DNA of 64,000 nucleotides from Ranitomeya imitator (GCF_032444005.1 NC_091282.1:247690001-247754000); one strand, 5' to 3'. Positions 34,959-47,675 are shown, counted from the stretch's first letter. The notes: a model not told the origin generated them from the letters alone. Program-made: numbers and translations.

Positions 34959-37900
34959 TATATATACCGGTATATATTTATTCAAACGTCCATAACAGCA
35001 CCACCTGAGAGGAGATCCGCCTTCAGGAACAGGAAACCTACAGATACAAAACGGCGGCACCTCTCCCACGCAACAGTTGGTTTCCTATTCCTAGAGGACA
35101 GGATGCCCTACAGATCGTCCATTTTTCGATCGTCAGGATTCCCAGGCCGGTTGTCCGGCTCAGGTAGAGGGGGGGGGGAGCGGGAAGGGGGGTTCCCTGG
35201 AAGCGCCACAACAGTGTGTGGAGCGGGGTCCGGAGGATTGCAGTCTCCAAAGCCAGCGCTGGAACGCAAGTATGCCCCCTGCTGGTGTGCTGTTCGGGCC
35301 TGTTCTGTGCACGGGGGGCCTGGCCGTGCCTTGGTGCTGCACCACTGTCCTCCTGCGCGTCCATTTGAGCTCCGGAAGTGACTGGGGGCCGGAAGTCAGA
35401 TGACGGCTGACTTTTTTTCCATGTGGGTGCCGCCGGGTCGTAGTGGTTTGGGCAGCGGGGGACGGAGCACGATGGGATGAACTACGGAGCGGGGAATTCC
35501 CTGGCTACACACACCCACCTGCTGACCTGGATTCTGGGGGAGGGCTATAAAATCCACATGACATGCTGCAGGGCTGCTTTTGGTCCATTGCAGCAATGGA
35601 TGAGCCAGAGGCTCCCTTGGAGCAGGAGCGTGCCTCAGAGAGGTCCCATGCAAACCCCCAGTTGAAAAACCGAGGACGAAGTGAGCAGCCTAGCCACAAA
35701 GGTTCTTCCAGGCTGAAGGATTCAGCTCGCTTCCCTGTGATCCGGTACCTACCGCTACTGCTTGGGTAAGAGATCTTTCGTGAATGTACCCTGATGCAGT
35801 GTTTCCCTTATTTATTTTTCTAGGGGAAGAAATGCTATGGTAAAACGAAAAACGGAATGTGCCCTTTGCAATTGCCTTTTGCCAGATACCTGTCCTAAAC
35901 TTGTTTGCAACAGACGGTAGGGGATTAAATAAAGATGGAGCAGTTGTCCTTAGTTAAGGCGTAGTCTTTAACTCTTTCCCCCACTTCTACAGGTGGTGGA
36001 AGAAACCCCTGACTTCACCGCAAGCCTAAGGGAGATTATTAGAATGGAAGTTAAGGATTCCCCAAAGTCCCTATCTCAAGGGGAATCTTCTAAGAAGAAA
36101 AGAGGAGCGAGTTTCTTAGGGTCAGAGTCCTCAGCTGCCCCTAGGAAAGGCGATTATTCTTCAGAAGCCTCTGCCTCTTCTTCTGCATCATCTTCAGAAG
36201 AGTACTCCAACTGTTTCTGCTTCCCCCTAGATCAGATGGCCAAGTTGTTCAAATCAGTAAGGTCCACTATGGGGGTAACGGTTTGGCGGCCTTGACCCTA
36301 AGAAATACAAATCTTTTCCGTTATATTACAAAGTTCAGGGCTTGATAACTATAGAGTGGAAAAGCCGGAAAAACGGGCTCTCTACCACCAGCCTTCAAGC
36401 GGAGATATCTCTTCGAGTACCCCTTGGTGAACAGATGGGATAAAGCCTCAAAGCTGGACGCAGCTGTAGCTAAAGCCTCCAAAAAATCCTCCATTCATTT
36501 TGATGATATGTCCTCCTTAAAAGATCCACTAAATAAGAAAGCGGACTCATTTCTGAAAGGGACGTGGGAAATGTCAGCTGGTACCCCAAGACCGGCGGTG
36601 GCTGCTACATGCACAGCCAGATCCATGATGGTCTGGCTGGACCAGCTTGAATCCCAGCTAGAAGATGGAGCCTCGAAAAATTCCATCTTAAAGTCCCTGC
36701 CAATAATTCAGAACGCCGCATCCTTTTTAGCCAATGCTGCGGCGGACTCAGCAAGGATGGCTGCCAGGGCCGCTGGACTATCAAATGCTGCACGAAGGGC
36801 TCTGTGGCTAAAGTGTTGGCCAGGGGACATCCAGGCCAGATCCTGTTTCTGCTCCATTCCATGTGAGGGAGAATATCTGTTTGGCCCGGATCTGGACGAA
36901 CTTCTGGAAAAAGCTGGAGACGATAAAATGAAATTCTCCAGTCTGCCGACCCCTTCTTAGACGTCCCTTCACCAGGAAAATATTTTTTTTCAAAGAAGGT
37001 CCAGAGATCAAGGCAGATGGGATGAAAAAAGGAGAGGTACTGGATTTATTTATTTAAGAAACCACACCAATGACTAGCGGCTGAGGTAGGCTAACTGCCT
37101 TCTACCCGGCCTGGTCCCTGACTTCTAATAGCAACTGGATTCTGGGGTTAATAGCCATGGGACTACGATTAGAGTTTTCCTGTATTCCTGAAACAGGTTT
37201 AAGATTACCCCACTCAGGTCTTCCCCATCGAAGCAGGCGGCCCTGGAAGTCGAAATTCATGACCTTTGCAGCAAAAAATCCTGACAGAAGTGCCGGAGGA
37301 AGATGGGGGGCAGAGGTTTCTACTCTCCTCTGTTCCTAGTCCGTAAGCCAGACTGCTCCTTTAGGACCATAATAAATCTGAAAGCCCTCAATGAATTTCT
37401 GGTCATACGGCCGTTTAAAATGGAATCAATCAATTCCACAATAAAATTGTTTGAAAACTGCTTTATGGTGGTATTAGATCTAAAAGACGCCTACTACCAT
37501 ATACCCATTCATGCAGCTCACCAGCAATTCCTTAGAGTGGCGGTTCATTTAGAGGGGTCGATCCGACAATTCCAATATGTTGCCCTTCCCTTTGGTATTG
37601 CAGTCGCCCCCCGAGTATTCACTAAGGTTATAGCTGAGGTAATGGCCCTTTTGCGTGAGTCAGTCATTCTAGTGATCCCCTACCTTGATGTCTTCCTTAT
37701 TATAGGCAAAACAGCGGCACATTAGTTGGAGCAATTACAAAAAGCAATGTCTGCCCTGGAGCGGTTAGGGTGGCTGCTAAACATCAAAAAATCCCGACTG
37801 CAGCCCATGAGAGTTCAGCAATTTTTAGGCCTAATCTTAGATTCCCAGAATCAGGAATGCCGTCTGCCTTCCAAAAAGTTAGTTCGCCTGCACTATCAGG

Positions 37901-38727
37901 TCCTGAGTGCCTCTAATAACCCCACCATGTCTCTAAGGAAAGCCATGTCTCTTTTGGGCTCTCTCTTGTCCTGTATTCCCGCGGTCCGGTGGGCCCAGTT
38001 CCATACAAGGAAACTACAGGGCGAGGTTTTGTTACGTCAAAAGATTTTGGGGGGTTATCTAGAAGGCCAGCTAACTTAATCCCGAAACGCTATAAAATCC
38101 CTCGATTGGAGGCTAGAGCGAAACAATCTAGCTAGAGGGGTACCCTGGGAATATAACATAACCCGTATAGTCACCACGGACACTAGCCCTTCCAGTTGGG
38201 GGGGCTCATATGGGTGAGGTTTTAGTCCAGGGATAGATGGCCTTCATCTGACGCGTGGATTTTGAACGGTCACTGCTGAAAGATAGAGGTTTCTCCCCAG
38301 GCTTGATTAATACCCTGTTTAAAAGCAGGAATGTAATCACTACCCAAATATACTTCAGAATCTGGAAAAGGTTCCTTCAGGACTCAGGGGTGGTAGCTGG
38401 TCAATCAACATCAATAAATCAGATTCTTGAATTCCTACAAAGAGGTCTGGACATGGGGCTATCCACTAGTACCCTTAAAGTGCAAGTGTCAGCCTTAGGA
38501 GCTCTTTTTAGCTGTAACATTGCCGGTAATCACTGGATCAATAGGTTCATTAAGGCGGCAAGTAGGTCCAGACCAGTAGTAAAAGATAGGTTCATGCCGT
38601 GGGATTTAAACCTAGTCCTCACGGCCATGACAGAGGCCCCATTTGAACCTATCTCAGCGGCCTCCATAAAAAAACCTGTCCCTCAAAGTAGCCTTCCTGG
38701 TAGCACTGACATCAGCTCGTAGAGTAA

Positions 38728-39123
38728 AGGTACCGTCACACTCAGCGACGCTGCAGCGATATAGACAACGAGCCGATCGCTGGAGCGTCGCTGTTTTAGG
38801 TCGCTGTAGAGACGTCAAACACAGCAACTCCATAACTATGCAGGAGCGATCCAGTGACGTAACGACGACTCACTTATCGTTCTCGCTGGTTGTTAGCTCC
38901 ATGCAAAATGTTGCTGGCATCGTTGCTTTTGATGTCAAACATGACGATACACGCCGACCTGACGACGAAATAAAGTTCTGGACTTCTAGCTCCAACCAGC
39001 GATGGCACAGCGGGATCCAGATCGCTGCTGCGTGTCAAACACAACGAGATCGCTATCCAGGACGCTGCAACGTCACGGATCGTTGTCGTTCTCGTTGCAA
39101 AGTTGCTGAGTGTGACGGTACCT
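38728..39123. mobile_element. Harbinger-like MITE, AGGTACC family, in the DIRS-D recombinase
   Basis: TAA duplication; removal restores TCA GCT CGT AGA GTA AGT GAC ATC CAG (SARRVSDIQ). Confidence 0.9.
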
Positions 39124-39135
39124 TAAGTGACATCC

Positions 39136-39360
39136 AGGCTTCCTCCTTATACACAATTTGGAGATGATGACCCTCTCCTAGTGTATCCTCACCCATCCCC
39201 TGCAGACTGTGAGCCCTCGCGGGCAGGGTCCTCCCTCCTTATCTACCGGTGTGCCTTGTTTTTTGCTCATGTTTAGTTGTATTTGTCTATATTTGCCCCC
39301 TTTTCACATGTAAAGCGCCATGGAGTAAATGATGCTATAAAAATGTACAATAATAATAAA
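39136..39360 (+). mobile_element. Short 3' end of an L2/CR1-type LINE in the DIRS-D recombinase
   Basis: GACTGTGAGCCCTCGCGGGCAGGG...TGTAAAGCGCCATGG...AATAATAATAA resembles the L2 3' end at 5770-5950; the recombinase resumes DRVILRPDP. Confidence 0.75.
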
Positions 39361-40280
39361 TGATAGAGTAATACTTAGACCTGACCCAGAATACCTGCCT
39401 AAGGTAGTCTCCAGTTTCCATAGAACGCAGGAACTAGTTCTTCCGTCCTTCATCCCTAATCCTGGTAACGAATAGGAAAAGAAACTCCACACCCTAGACG
39501 TTAGGAGATGTCTCCTAGAATACTTAGCAGTTATTGATCCCTGGAAAAAAGAGAACGCCTTGTTTGTCTCCTATCAGGGCACTAGGAAGGGGCCTTAGGG
39601 CATCAAAAATCATGCTAGCTAGGTGGATTAGGGAGGCTATTTCACCAGCATACATCTCGAAGGGCAGGTCGGCACCTGGAAGTCTGAGGGCGCATCCCAT
39701 TAGAGCCATGGCAACCTCGTGGGTGGAGAGATCGGAGGTTTTGATTGAAAAACATGCTTGGAGAGGGTCAAGTAGCTGCCTTACATATTTTGTCAATCAT
39801 TACAGACTAGATCCGGGTGCTTCCTCAGACCTCGCCTTTGGTGTAAGGGTGCTGCAGGCTGTAGTCCCTCCCTAATTAGTTATTACTCTCTGTAATTCTC
39901 TCAGTTGCACCTGTAGATTCCCTCCCTTCTTTTTTTAGTTCTGGGTGTGCACTTCCTCTTATGATCTACATTTTGGTGGAATAATTAATATTAATAGTAT
40001 TGTACATAAATCATGTCATTTACCTTGGTGGTCCTTTTGTGCTCTGTAATCCAACTGATGCGTGGGAGAGGTGCTGCCCTTTTGTATCTGTAGGTTTCCT
40101 GTTCCTGAAGGGAGGATCCCCTGTCTCAGGTGGTACTGTCATGGTGAGTAATTAAGACTTTTGGTTTGTGTTGCCATTTTCTGAGTCCTGTAGGAAAATA
40201 TTTTATTTTTTTATTTTTCCATTGAAGTGTGTGTGTGTGTTTTGGGATGCAGCCTCTGAGTGAACATAACTCAGCTTTTA

Positions 40281-40920
40281 CAGTGGCTTGCGAAAGTGTA
40301 TATATTCACAAACTCACCCTTGCTTTTTACCTATTTTTTTACATTACAACCTGTTTAAATATTTTGAAATTTGATTTGTGTGTGATACATCAGCACTAAA
40401 TAGTTTTAAGTTGGTGAAGTGTTGGTGAAGTGAGAAAACTATAGGCATAAATTAAATGTATGGAAACAAATGGCTAAAAATTGTCATGTGCATATGTATT
40501 CACCTCTTTTGCTGTGAAGCCTTTAAACATTTCTGGTGCAAGCAATTACGTTCATAAGTCACATGCTTAGTAAAAGGAAGTCCCCCTGTGTGCAATCTAA
40601 GCGTCACATAGTCTGTCAGTATATACACACCTTTTCTGAAAGGCAACAGAGGCTGCAACATCATGAAGCAAGAGGTAGCACGAACCAATCACCATGAAGA
40701 CCAAGGAGATCTCCATACAAGTTATTGAGAAGTACAAGTCAGGGTTTGGTTATTTAAGAAAAAAAAATCCCAATCTCTGATGATCGCCCACAGCATCATC
40801 AAATCCATTGTCGTCAAAAGGAAAAAACATGGTAGCACAACAAACTTTCCAAGAGAGGGAAGCCCACCAAACCTCTAAGCCCGAGGAAGGAGGGCATTAA
40901 TCAGTGAGGCAGCACAGAGT
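40281..40920 (+). mobile_element. Tc1 transposon 5' fragment
   Basis: TA followed by CAGTGGCTTGCGAAAG terminus, and a decayed N-terminal transposase (MKTKEIS...EKYKSG.GY). Confidence 0.7.
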
Positions 40921-42417
40921 CCAAAGGTAACCCTGCCAGAAGCTTGGAATCCATCGTGATTCAGCTGGAAGGGAGGAAAGGGACATTCTACATCTACATC
41001 CTCCGGAGCCCCTGGGACCAGACAATATTTTGCTGATACACATTGATTATTTACGTGTAACAAAGTGGGACATGTTGGTGTCACTTGCCCTTGTAGGAAG
41101 AAACCCACTATGACCACCATGCCGCCGGGGCCCTCACCACCTGTCTTATTTGTGGCTGGCACTGATGTGAGGAATAATGAGAACTGTCAATCTGTCACTA
41201 TTGGCAATAAAGTTACCACTGGCCTCAGAGACACTGGCTTCAGAGACACTGGAGCAGAAGTAACTCTGGTGCATCTAGAAATGGTGACTACTTCGGATAT
41301 AATTCCAGGAAGGCCAATGTCTGTAACCAGAGTTGGGAGGGACAGCTCGGCCGTGTCCATGGCCTGTGTGTATCTGGACTGGGCAGCAGGGAAAGGACTG
41401 AGGAGTGAAGTGGGTGTATCAGATACCATCCCTATCAATGCGTTGCTAGGCACAGACCTGGGCAGAATGGAATTCCATTATGTCCCGGACAAGGTGGAAG
41501 CCAGTTACCCACCTAAGAACCCCAAGGATTAAACGATGAGTCTCAGAAAAAAACTGCCAAAACTGGAGAACCCTACTATGGCCCAGGAGCCTCTCCACAT
41601 GGCAGATCTACTGAGGTTCCTGATTGCAGACTCCGCATCAGACCAGAGTCTGGCGTTCCCACTAGGCTGGGGCCTACAGATTGATAGTCAGAGCTTCTAG
41701 AAAGCTCTGCTAATATATGCCAGTCTGGAGAAGCTGAGATGCCTTGCAGACCAACTTCCTGCTGGGGCTGACAAGAAGAGAATATACTAGAATCAGGGAA
41801 AGCTGTATAAAGAGATCCCCTCCAATAGCACAATAGAGCATGGGAGCTGTTCTAAGTGTCTGGTTATCCCCTATCTACTCATAGAACACTTACCAAGAAT
41901 TGCCCATGAAATCCCACTGGCCGTGCACCTTTAAAGTACAAAAGACTAAAGCCTGTTTGACACACAACTTTTATTGGCTTAATAAGGGGATGGACATAGC
42001 CAATTACTGTCGATCTTGCACAGTTTTTCAAAATCTTAGAAAGACATCCAAAAGGCCCCATTGATACCACACTCAGTGAATGATGAGCCTTTTCAACGAG
42101 TAGCTGTTATCATAGGGCCTCTTTCAAATAGCTAGCCACTCTGGCAAACGCTTCATTCTCACAGTTGTCAACTATGCTGCGTGATATCCAGGAGCAGTGG
42201 CACTGTCCTCCATAAGAGGCGATAAAGTGGCTGATTTCACTACTGACTGTATTTTCTCGCTTGGGGTTACCCAGGGAGATGTTAACTGATCAGTGGACCC
42301 AATTTATGTCTAACCTGATGAAAAGTCTCTGCTAGAAAATACATGTGCAGCATCTTGTAGCCAGTCCCTTTCATCCTCAGACCAATGGTCTGTGTGAACA
42401 TTTTAATTAAACTCTAA

Positions 42418-43119
42418 AGGTACCGTCATACTAAGCGACGCTGCAGCGATTCCGACAACGATCCGGATCGCTGCAGCGTCGCTGGAGAGCTGTCACACAG
42501 ACAGCTCTCCAGCGACCAACGATCCCGAGGTCCCCGGTAACCAGGGTAAACATCGGGTAACTAAGCGCAGGGCCGCGCTTAGTAACCCGATGTTTACCCT
42601 GGTTACCATCGTTAAAGTAAAAAAAACAAACGCTACATACTTACCTACCGCTGTCTGTCCCCGGCGCTGTGCTTCTCTGCTCTGGCTGTGAGCGCCGGGC
42701 AGCCGGAAAGCAGAGCGGTGACGTCACCGCTGTGCTTTCCGGCCGCTGTGCTCACAGCCAGAGCAGAGAAGCACAGCGCCGGGGACAGACAGCGGTAGGT
42801 AAGTATGTAGCGTTTGTTTTTTTACTTTAACGATGGTAACCAGGGTAAACATCGGGTTACTAAGCGCGGCCCTGCGCTTAGTTACCCGATGTTTACCCTG
42901 GTTACCAGCGAAGACCTCGCTGAATCGGTGTCACACACACCGATTCAGCGATGTCTGCGGGGAGTCCAGCGACGAAACAAAGTTCTGGACTTTCTTCCCC
43001 GACCAGCGACAGCACAGCAGGGGCCTGATCGCTGCTGCCTGTCACACTGGACGATATCGCTAGCGAGGACGCTGCAACGTCACGGATCGCTAGCGATATC
43101 GTCTAGTGTGACGGTACCT
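42418..43119. mobile_element. Harbinger-like MITE, AGGTACC family
   Basis: TAA flanks; palindromic over nearly its full length. Confidence 0.9.
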
Positions 43120-43122
43120 TAA

Positions 43123-44046
43123 GGCCATGTTCACACGTTCCTGATTTCCCTGCTGTTTTTCCTGCACTAAAAACCGCAGCTCTTGGCAGAAAACGCAGGT
43201 GCGTTTTTTGATGCGTTTTTGGTGCGTTTTTTGATGCGGTTTTTTGATGCGGTTTTTAGTGCTTTTTTATGCAGTTTTCTGTGCAGAGTCTGTGTGTTTT
43301 CTAGGAAGTTTTTTAGGGTTAAAATGGCTGAAAATACCCTAACCCTATTCTAACCTTAGTGGGAAAAAAAAAATTCTTTATTTTTTTTATTGTCCCTACC
43401 TATGGGGGTGACAAAGGGGGGGTCATTTACTATTTTTTTTATTTTGATCACTGAGATAGGTTAGTTAGGTCAGTGATCAAAATGCACTTTGGAACGAATC
43501 TGCCGGCCGGCAGATTCGGCGGGCGCACTGCGTATGCGCCCGCCATTTTGGAAGATGGCGGCGCCCAGGGAGAAGACGGACGGACGGACACCGGGAGGCC
43601 CGGTAAGTATAAGGGGGGGAGATGAGGGCACGGGGACGTGTCGGAGCACGGGGGGTGGCATCGGAGCATGGGGGGGTGGGATTGGGGCACGGGGGGGCAG
43701 CCACACTCCGCCCACGCACTTCCTGCTGCAGTGGTTCTGCACCACAAACCGCAGAAAACCCGCAGATATTTTTTTCGTCTGCGGGTTTTACTGCTGGTTT
43801 CACCTCACAATGGAGGTCAATGGGTGCAGAACCGCTGCAGTTCTGCAAAAAGAAGTGACATGGTACTTCTTTTTTACCGCGGCTATTCAGCGCGGCTTTT
43901 TTATTGAATTTCAGGATCATGTGCACAGTGGTAACTGTTTTCCATAGGGTGCATTGTACTGTACCCTGCATGGAAAACAGCTGCGGACCCGCAGCGGCAA
44001 AATCGCGGCGGTTCCGCAGTTAAAAACGCACTGTGTGAACATGGCC
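43123..44046. mobile_element. Harbinger-like MITE, GGCCATG family
   Basis: TAA flanks (43120-43122, 44047-44049); GGCCATGTTCACAC...GTGTGAACATGGCC termini. Confidence 0.88.
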
Positions 44047-46819
44047 TAAAACAAATGCTCAAGATGCTGGTAGAGATGGAAGGGACAGACTGGAAATTTT
44101 ACCTCGCTCATCTGTTTGCACACCTAGAGTTACCTCAGGCCTCTACAGGATTCTCCCTCTTTGAACTCGTTTATGGAAGAAGGGTCAGGGGGTAACTTGT
44201 TTTAGTTAATGACTGTTGCAAGGATGAGCCCAAAACTTTAGGAGTCGCTGTGGTGGAATATGTAATGAGACTTCAGGAGAGAATGCAGAAACAGAGAACT
44301 GGCTCATGAGAATGTGACCCAGGCCCGTATCAATCAGAAGATCAGGTATGACCGTAATGCCAGACTGAGGGCCTACGAAGAGGGGCAGAAGGTTTGGGTG
44401 TTAGTTCCTATGTTGGAGAACAAATTACAGCCCGCATGGGAGAGACCGTTCACGGTCTATAAGCGTTTACATTTTTAACTTCGTAGTGACCCTGGATGAA
44501 CATACACAGTATCAGAAAAGTTTTCATGTGATCATGTTGAAAGCACATCACAACAATGAGGTTTATGTCTTACCTATTTGCAGCATGCCCGTGAAGGGAA
44601 AGGATGACCTGCTGCCAGACTTGGGGGCTGGGACTCAGTGTATGGAGTCACTGGAGTGGACTGCTATTCTGCAGTCAGAAGTCAGAGCTACTTGGGGTGC
44701 TCAGGGAATTCAGAGAAGTCTTCATAGGGAAACCTGGGAAGACTCATTTAGCAAGTCACCATGTAGACACTTTTACTCATTCCCCTGTAAGGCAATCGGC
44801 ATATCGGATATCAGCGGATATAAAAACAAACATGAAGGAACAGATAAAGGAAATGCTGTGCCTTGGTGTAATGCAAAAATGCCAGATTGCCTGGGAATCC
44901 CTGTAGTTCTTGTCCCGAAAAAGGACCGCACCACCCGATTTTGTGTATATTACAGAAAATTAAGTTTGCTTACAACATTTGCCTACCAAATGCTGAAGAG
45001 TTGTTCGAACAGATGGCTAGTTTGTCTTGCCTGACCACTATGGACTTAAGTAGGGGATATTAACAGATGCCCATGACAAAATAGGCACGAGAGGTCTGCT
45101 TTTAAAACACTGTTTAGTCTGTTTGAGTTTCTGGTGATGCCATTTGGTATGAAAAATGTCTTTGCCACCTTCCACAGGTTGGTTAATCCAGCTACTGGAG
45201 GGATTTAATGGTTTTGCAGTTGCTTATCTTGATGATGTAGCCATTTTTAGTAATTCCTGGCAGGAACACCTGGGGCATCTGTCTCATGTGCTACTGCAAA
45301 TTAACACAGTAGGTCTGACTGTATTGCCAGTGCTCTGGCTAAGCCGTTAACTGACCTGAGAAAAAAGAAGCTTGCCCAAATTATTTCCTGGACTTTTCAA
45401 TGCAAGGAATCCTTTGATGCCCTAAAATCAGCATTGGCTTGTTCACTCGTTCTTCAGACCCAAGATTTCACTTGCAGGTTTGTGATGCAGACTGATGCTA
45501 GCACTTATGGGCTAAGTGTGGTTATCAGCCAGGTGAACCAGCAAGGTGAAGAGCATCCAGTTGAGTACCTGAGGAGGACACTCCTGCCCAGACAGGTTGC
45601 TTATGCTACAATTGAAAAGAAATGTTTACCAATTGTGTGGGCTCTGCAAAAACTACAGCCATACCTGTATGGGCACAACTTTACCGTGATCACAGATCAT
45701 CACCCACTGAGTTGGCTCAACAGAGTAGTAGGGGAAAATGGGAAACTGCTCAGATGGAGCCTCATTTTACAACAATATGATTTTAAGGAACAGAAGGTAT
45801 CTGTAAATGGAAACATTTAGGTATTTGTTATTTCTACCTTTTTTATTTCATAACTGTTTTTGCATATTTTTATATTGATCTTTTTCTATCTTTTATTGTA
45901 AGCCGTGCATATTTTTATATTAAAGCTTTAAAATCTTTAATACATTTGATCCCTGTATGATGTAAAAAAGCCATATCCTTTCAGAGAGTGTGACCTTTTG
46001 ATTGTCTGACAGTAAAATATTTTATGGACTCAACATCCTCTTCCCAACATTGAAGGACTTGACGAAGGACATCTGAAACGCGAGTCGTGGGGACGCGCCA
46101 GCCCTGCAAGCACATTTGTGCCACTCACTTGAGGTAATTATCTACATCTTGGCACTTACCATTTGGTATTCACAATAAGGCAGCATCTTTGTTTTACCCC
46201 ACATGAGTGATCCCATTGGGTTCTGCTCAGCGTAACTCTGTGCCCTTATATTGTAATATGTATTGTTGGATAAATAAGACAGATGCATAACATGGGGACA
46301 TGGGGTGGGTGATTCTAATGAACTAAATCTATGTTTGATTGTCTGCTTTGATAATCTGCCTGGTTGCTTCTCGGGCTGGGGCGTCTATTTCAACAGTCGC
46401 ACGTATTTTAATGGCTGCATTTTTTTTTTGTCCCTGTCATTAACTTGTGGATTATTTGAGATTCTAATGAAGTACTATTTTTTTACTATGGACTTATTGG
46501 GTCACATTTTTGTTTGTGGTTCCCACATCCTCCTCCCTTTTACACTGACGGAGCAGAGTTAGGGTATGTTTCCACGGTCAGGATTGCATCAGGATTTGCT
46601 CAGGATTTGACACAGGTAAAATCTGCACCAAATCTACACCTGAGGTCACTGGCAGGTCACCTGCGTTTTTTATGCGTTTTTACATGCGTTTTTCATGCGT
46701 TTTTTTTCATGAGGATTTGTGTGTGTTTTTGTAAGCTAAATAAAGTTATACAAAAAAATTGTCATTTCTTATCCAACCTCTTCATTTACATACTCCATTG
46801 AAGAATAATGTTTAGACAC

Positions 46820-47675
46820 ACAGATAGATAGAGCGATAGATATAGATACGATAAATCTATCGTATCTATCTATCGCTCTATCTATCCATCTATTTATCTA
46901 TCGTATCTATCTATTGTATCTATCTATTGTCTATCTATTGTATCTATCTAATAATAATAATATAATTTTTTATTTATATAGCGCCAACATATTCCGCAGC
47001 GCTTTACAACTTATTGAGGGGACTTGTACAGACAATAGACATTACAGCATAACAGAGATCACAGTTCAAAAGAGGTACCAGGAGGAATGAGGGCCCTGCT
47101 CGCAAGCTTACAAACTATGAGGAAAAGGGGAGACACAAGAGGTGGATGGTAACAATTGCTTTAGTTATTCGGACCAGCCATAGTGTAAGGCTCAGGTGTT
47201 CATGTAAAGCTGCATGAACCAGTTAACTGCCTAAGTATGTAGCAGTACAGACACAGAGGGCTATTAACTACATAAAGTGTATGAGAACATGATGCGAGGA
47301 ACCCGATTATGTTGTTGTTTTTTTTTGTTTTTTTTTAATAGGCCACACAGGGACAGTTAGGTTAATGCATTGAGGCGGTAGGCCAGTCTGAACAAATGAG
47401 TTTTTAGGGCACGCTTAAAACTGTGGGGATTGGGGATTAATCGTATTAACCTAGGTAGTGCATTCCAAAGAATCTGTGCAGCACGTGTAAAGTCTTGGAG
47501 ACGGGAGTGGGAGGTTCTGATTATTGAGGATGCTAACCTCAGGTCATTGTATCTATTATCTATCTATCGATATATCTATCTAGCTATCTATAGATAGATA
47601 TATTTATAGATATATCGGTAGATAATAGATAGATAGATACAATAGATAGATGATAGATAATAGATAGATAATACC
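46820..47675. repeat. (GATA/ATCT)n microsatellite split by an L2 insertion
   Basis: Tetranucleotide repeats at ~46820-46950 and ~47548-47675. Confidence 0.9.
46950..47547 (-). mobile_element. L2/CR1 LINE 3' fragment
   Basis: Reverse complement of the same 3' UTR and tail seen at 5300-5950 (ATATAGCGCCAACATATTCCGCAGC...; QDFTRAAQILWNALP on the - strand). Confidence 0.85.

Larger units (their letters stand above)
34977..40161 (+). mobile_element. DIRS-D: decayed relative of DIRS-C
   Basis: Inverted repeats 34990-35080 and 40051-40144, TTT at both ends, gag (introns 35766-35823 and 35917-35992), RT 37303-38079, recombinase 38255-39875 (NHYRLD). Carries an internal pol deletion, lacks the ICR and has two insertions. 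Confidence 0.92.
41040..45820 (+). mobile_element. Degenerate Gmr1-type Ty3/gypsy retrotransposon internal region (PR-IN-RT-RH order); no LTRs found
   Basis: Zinc knuckle (TCNKVGHVGVTC), protease RDTGAEVTLV (~41240), integrase HHCC and core (41890-42414 and 44050-44400), RT (VLVPKKDRTTRFCV, VMPFGMKN, AYLDDVAIFS), RNase H (QTDAS...DHHPLSWL, 45434-45820). Confidence 0.88.
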
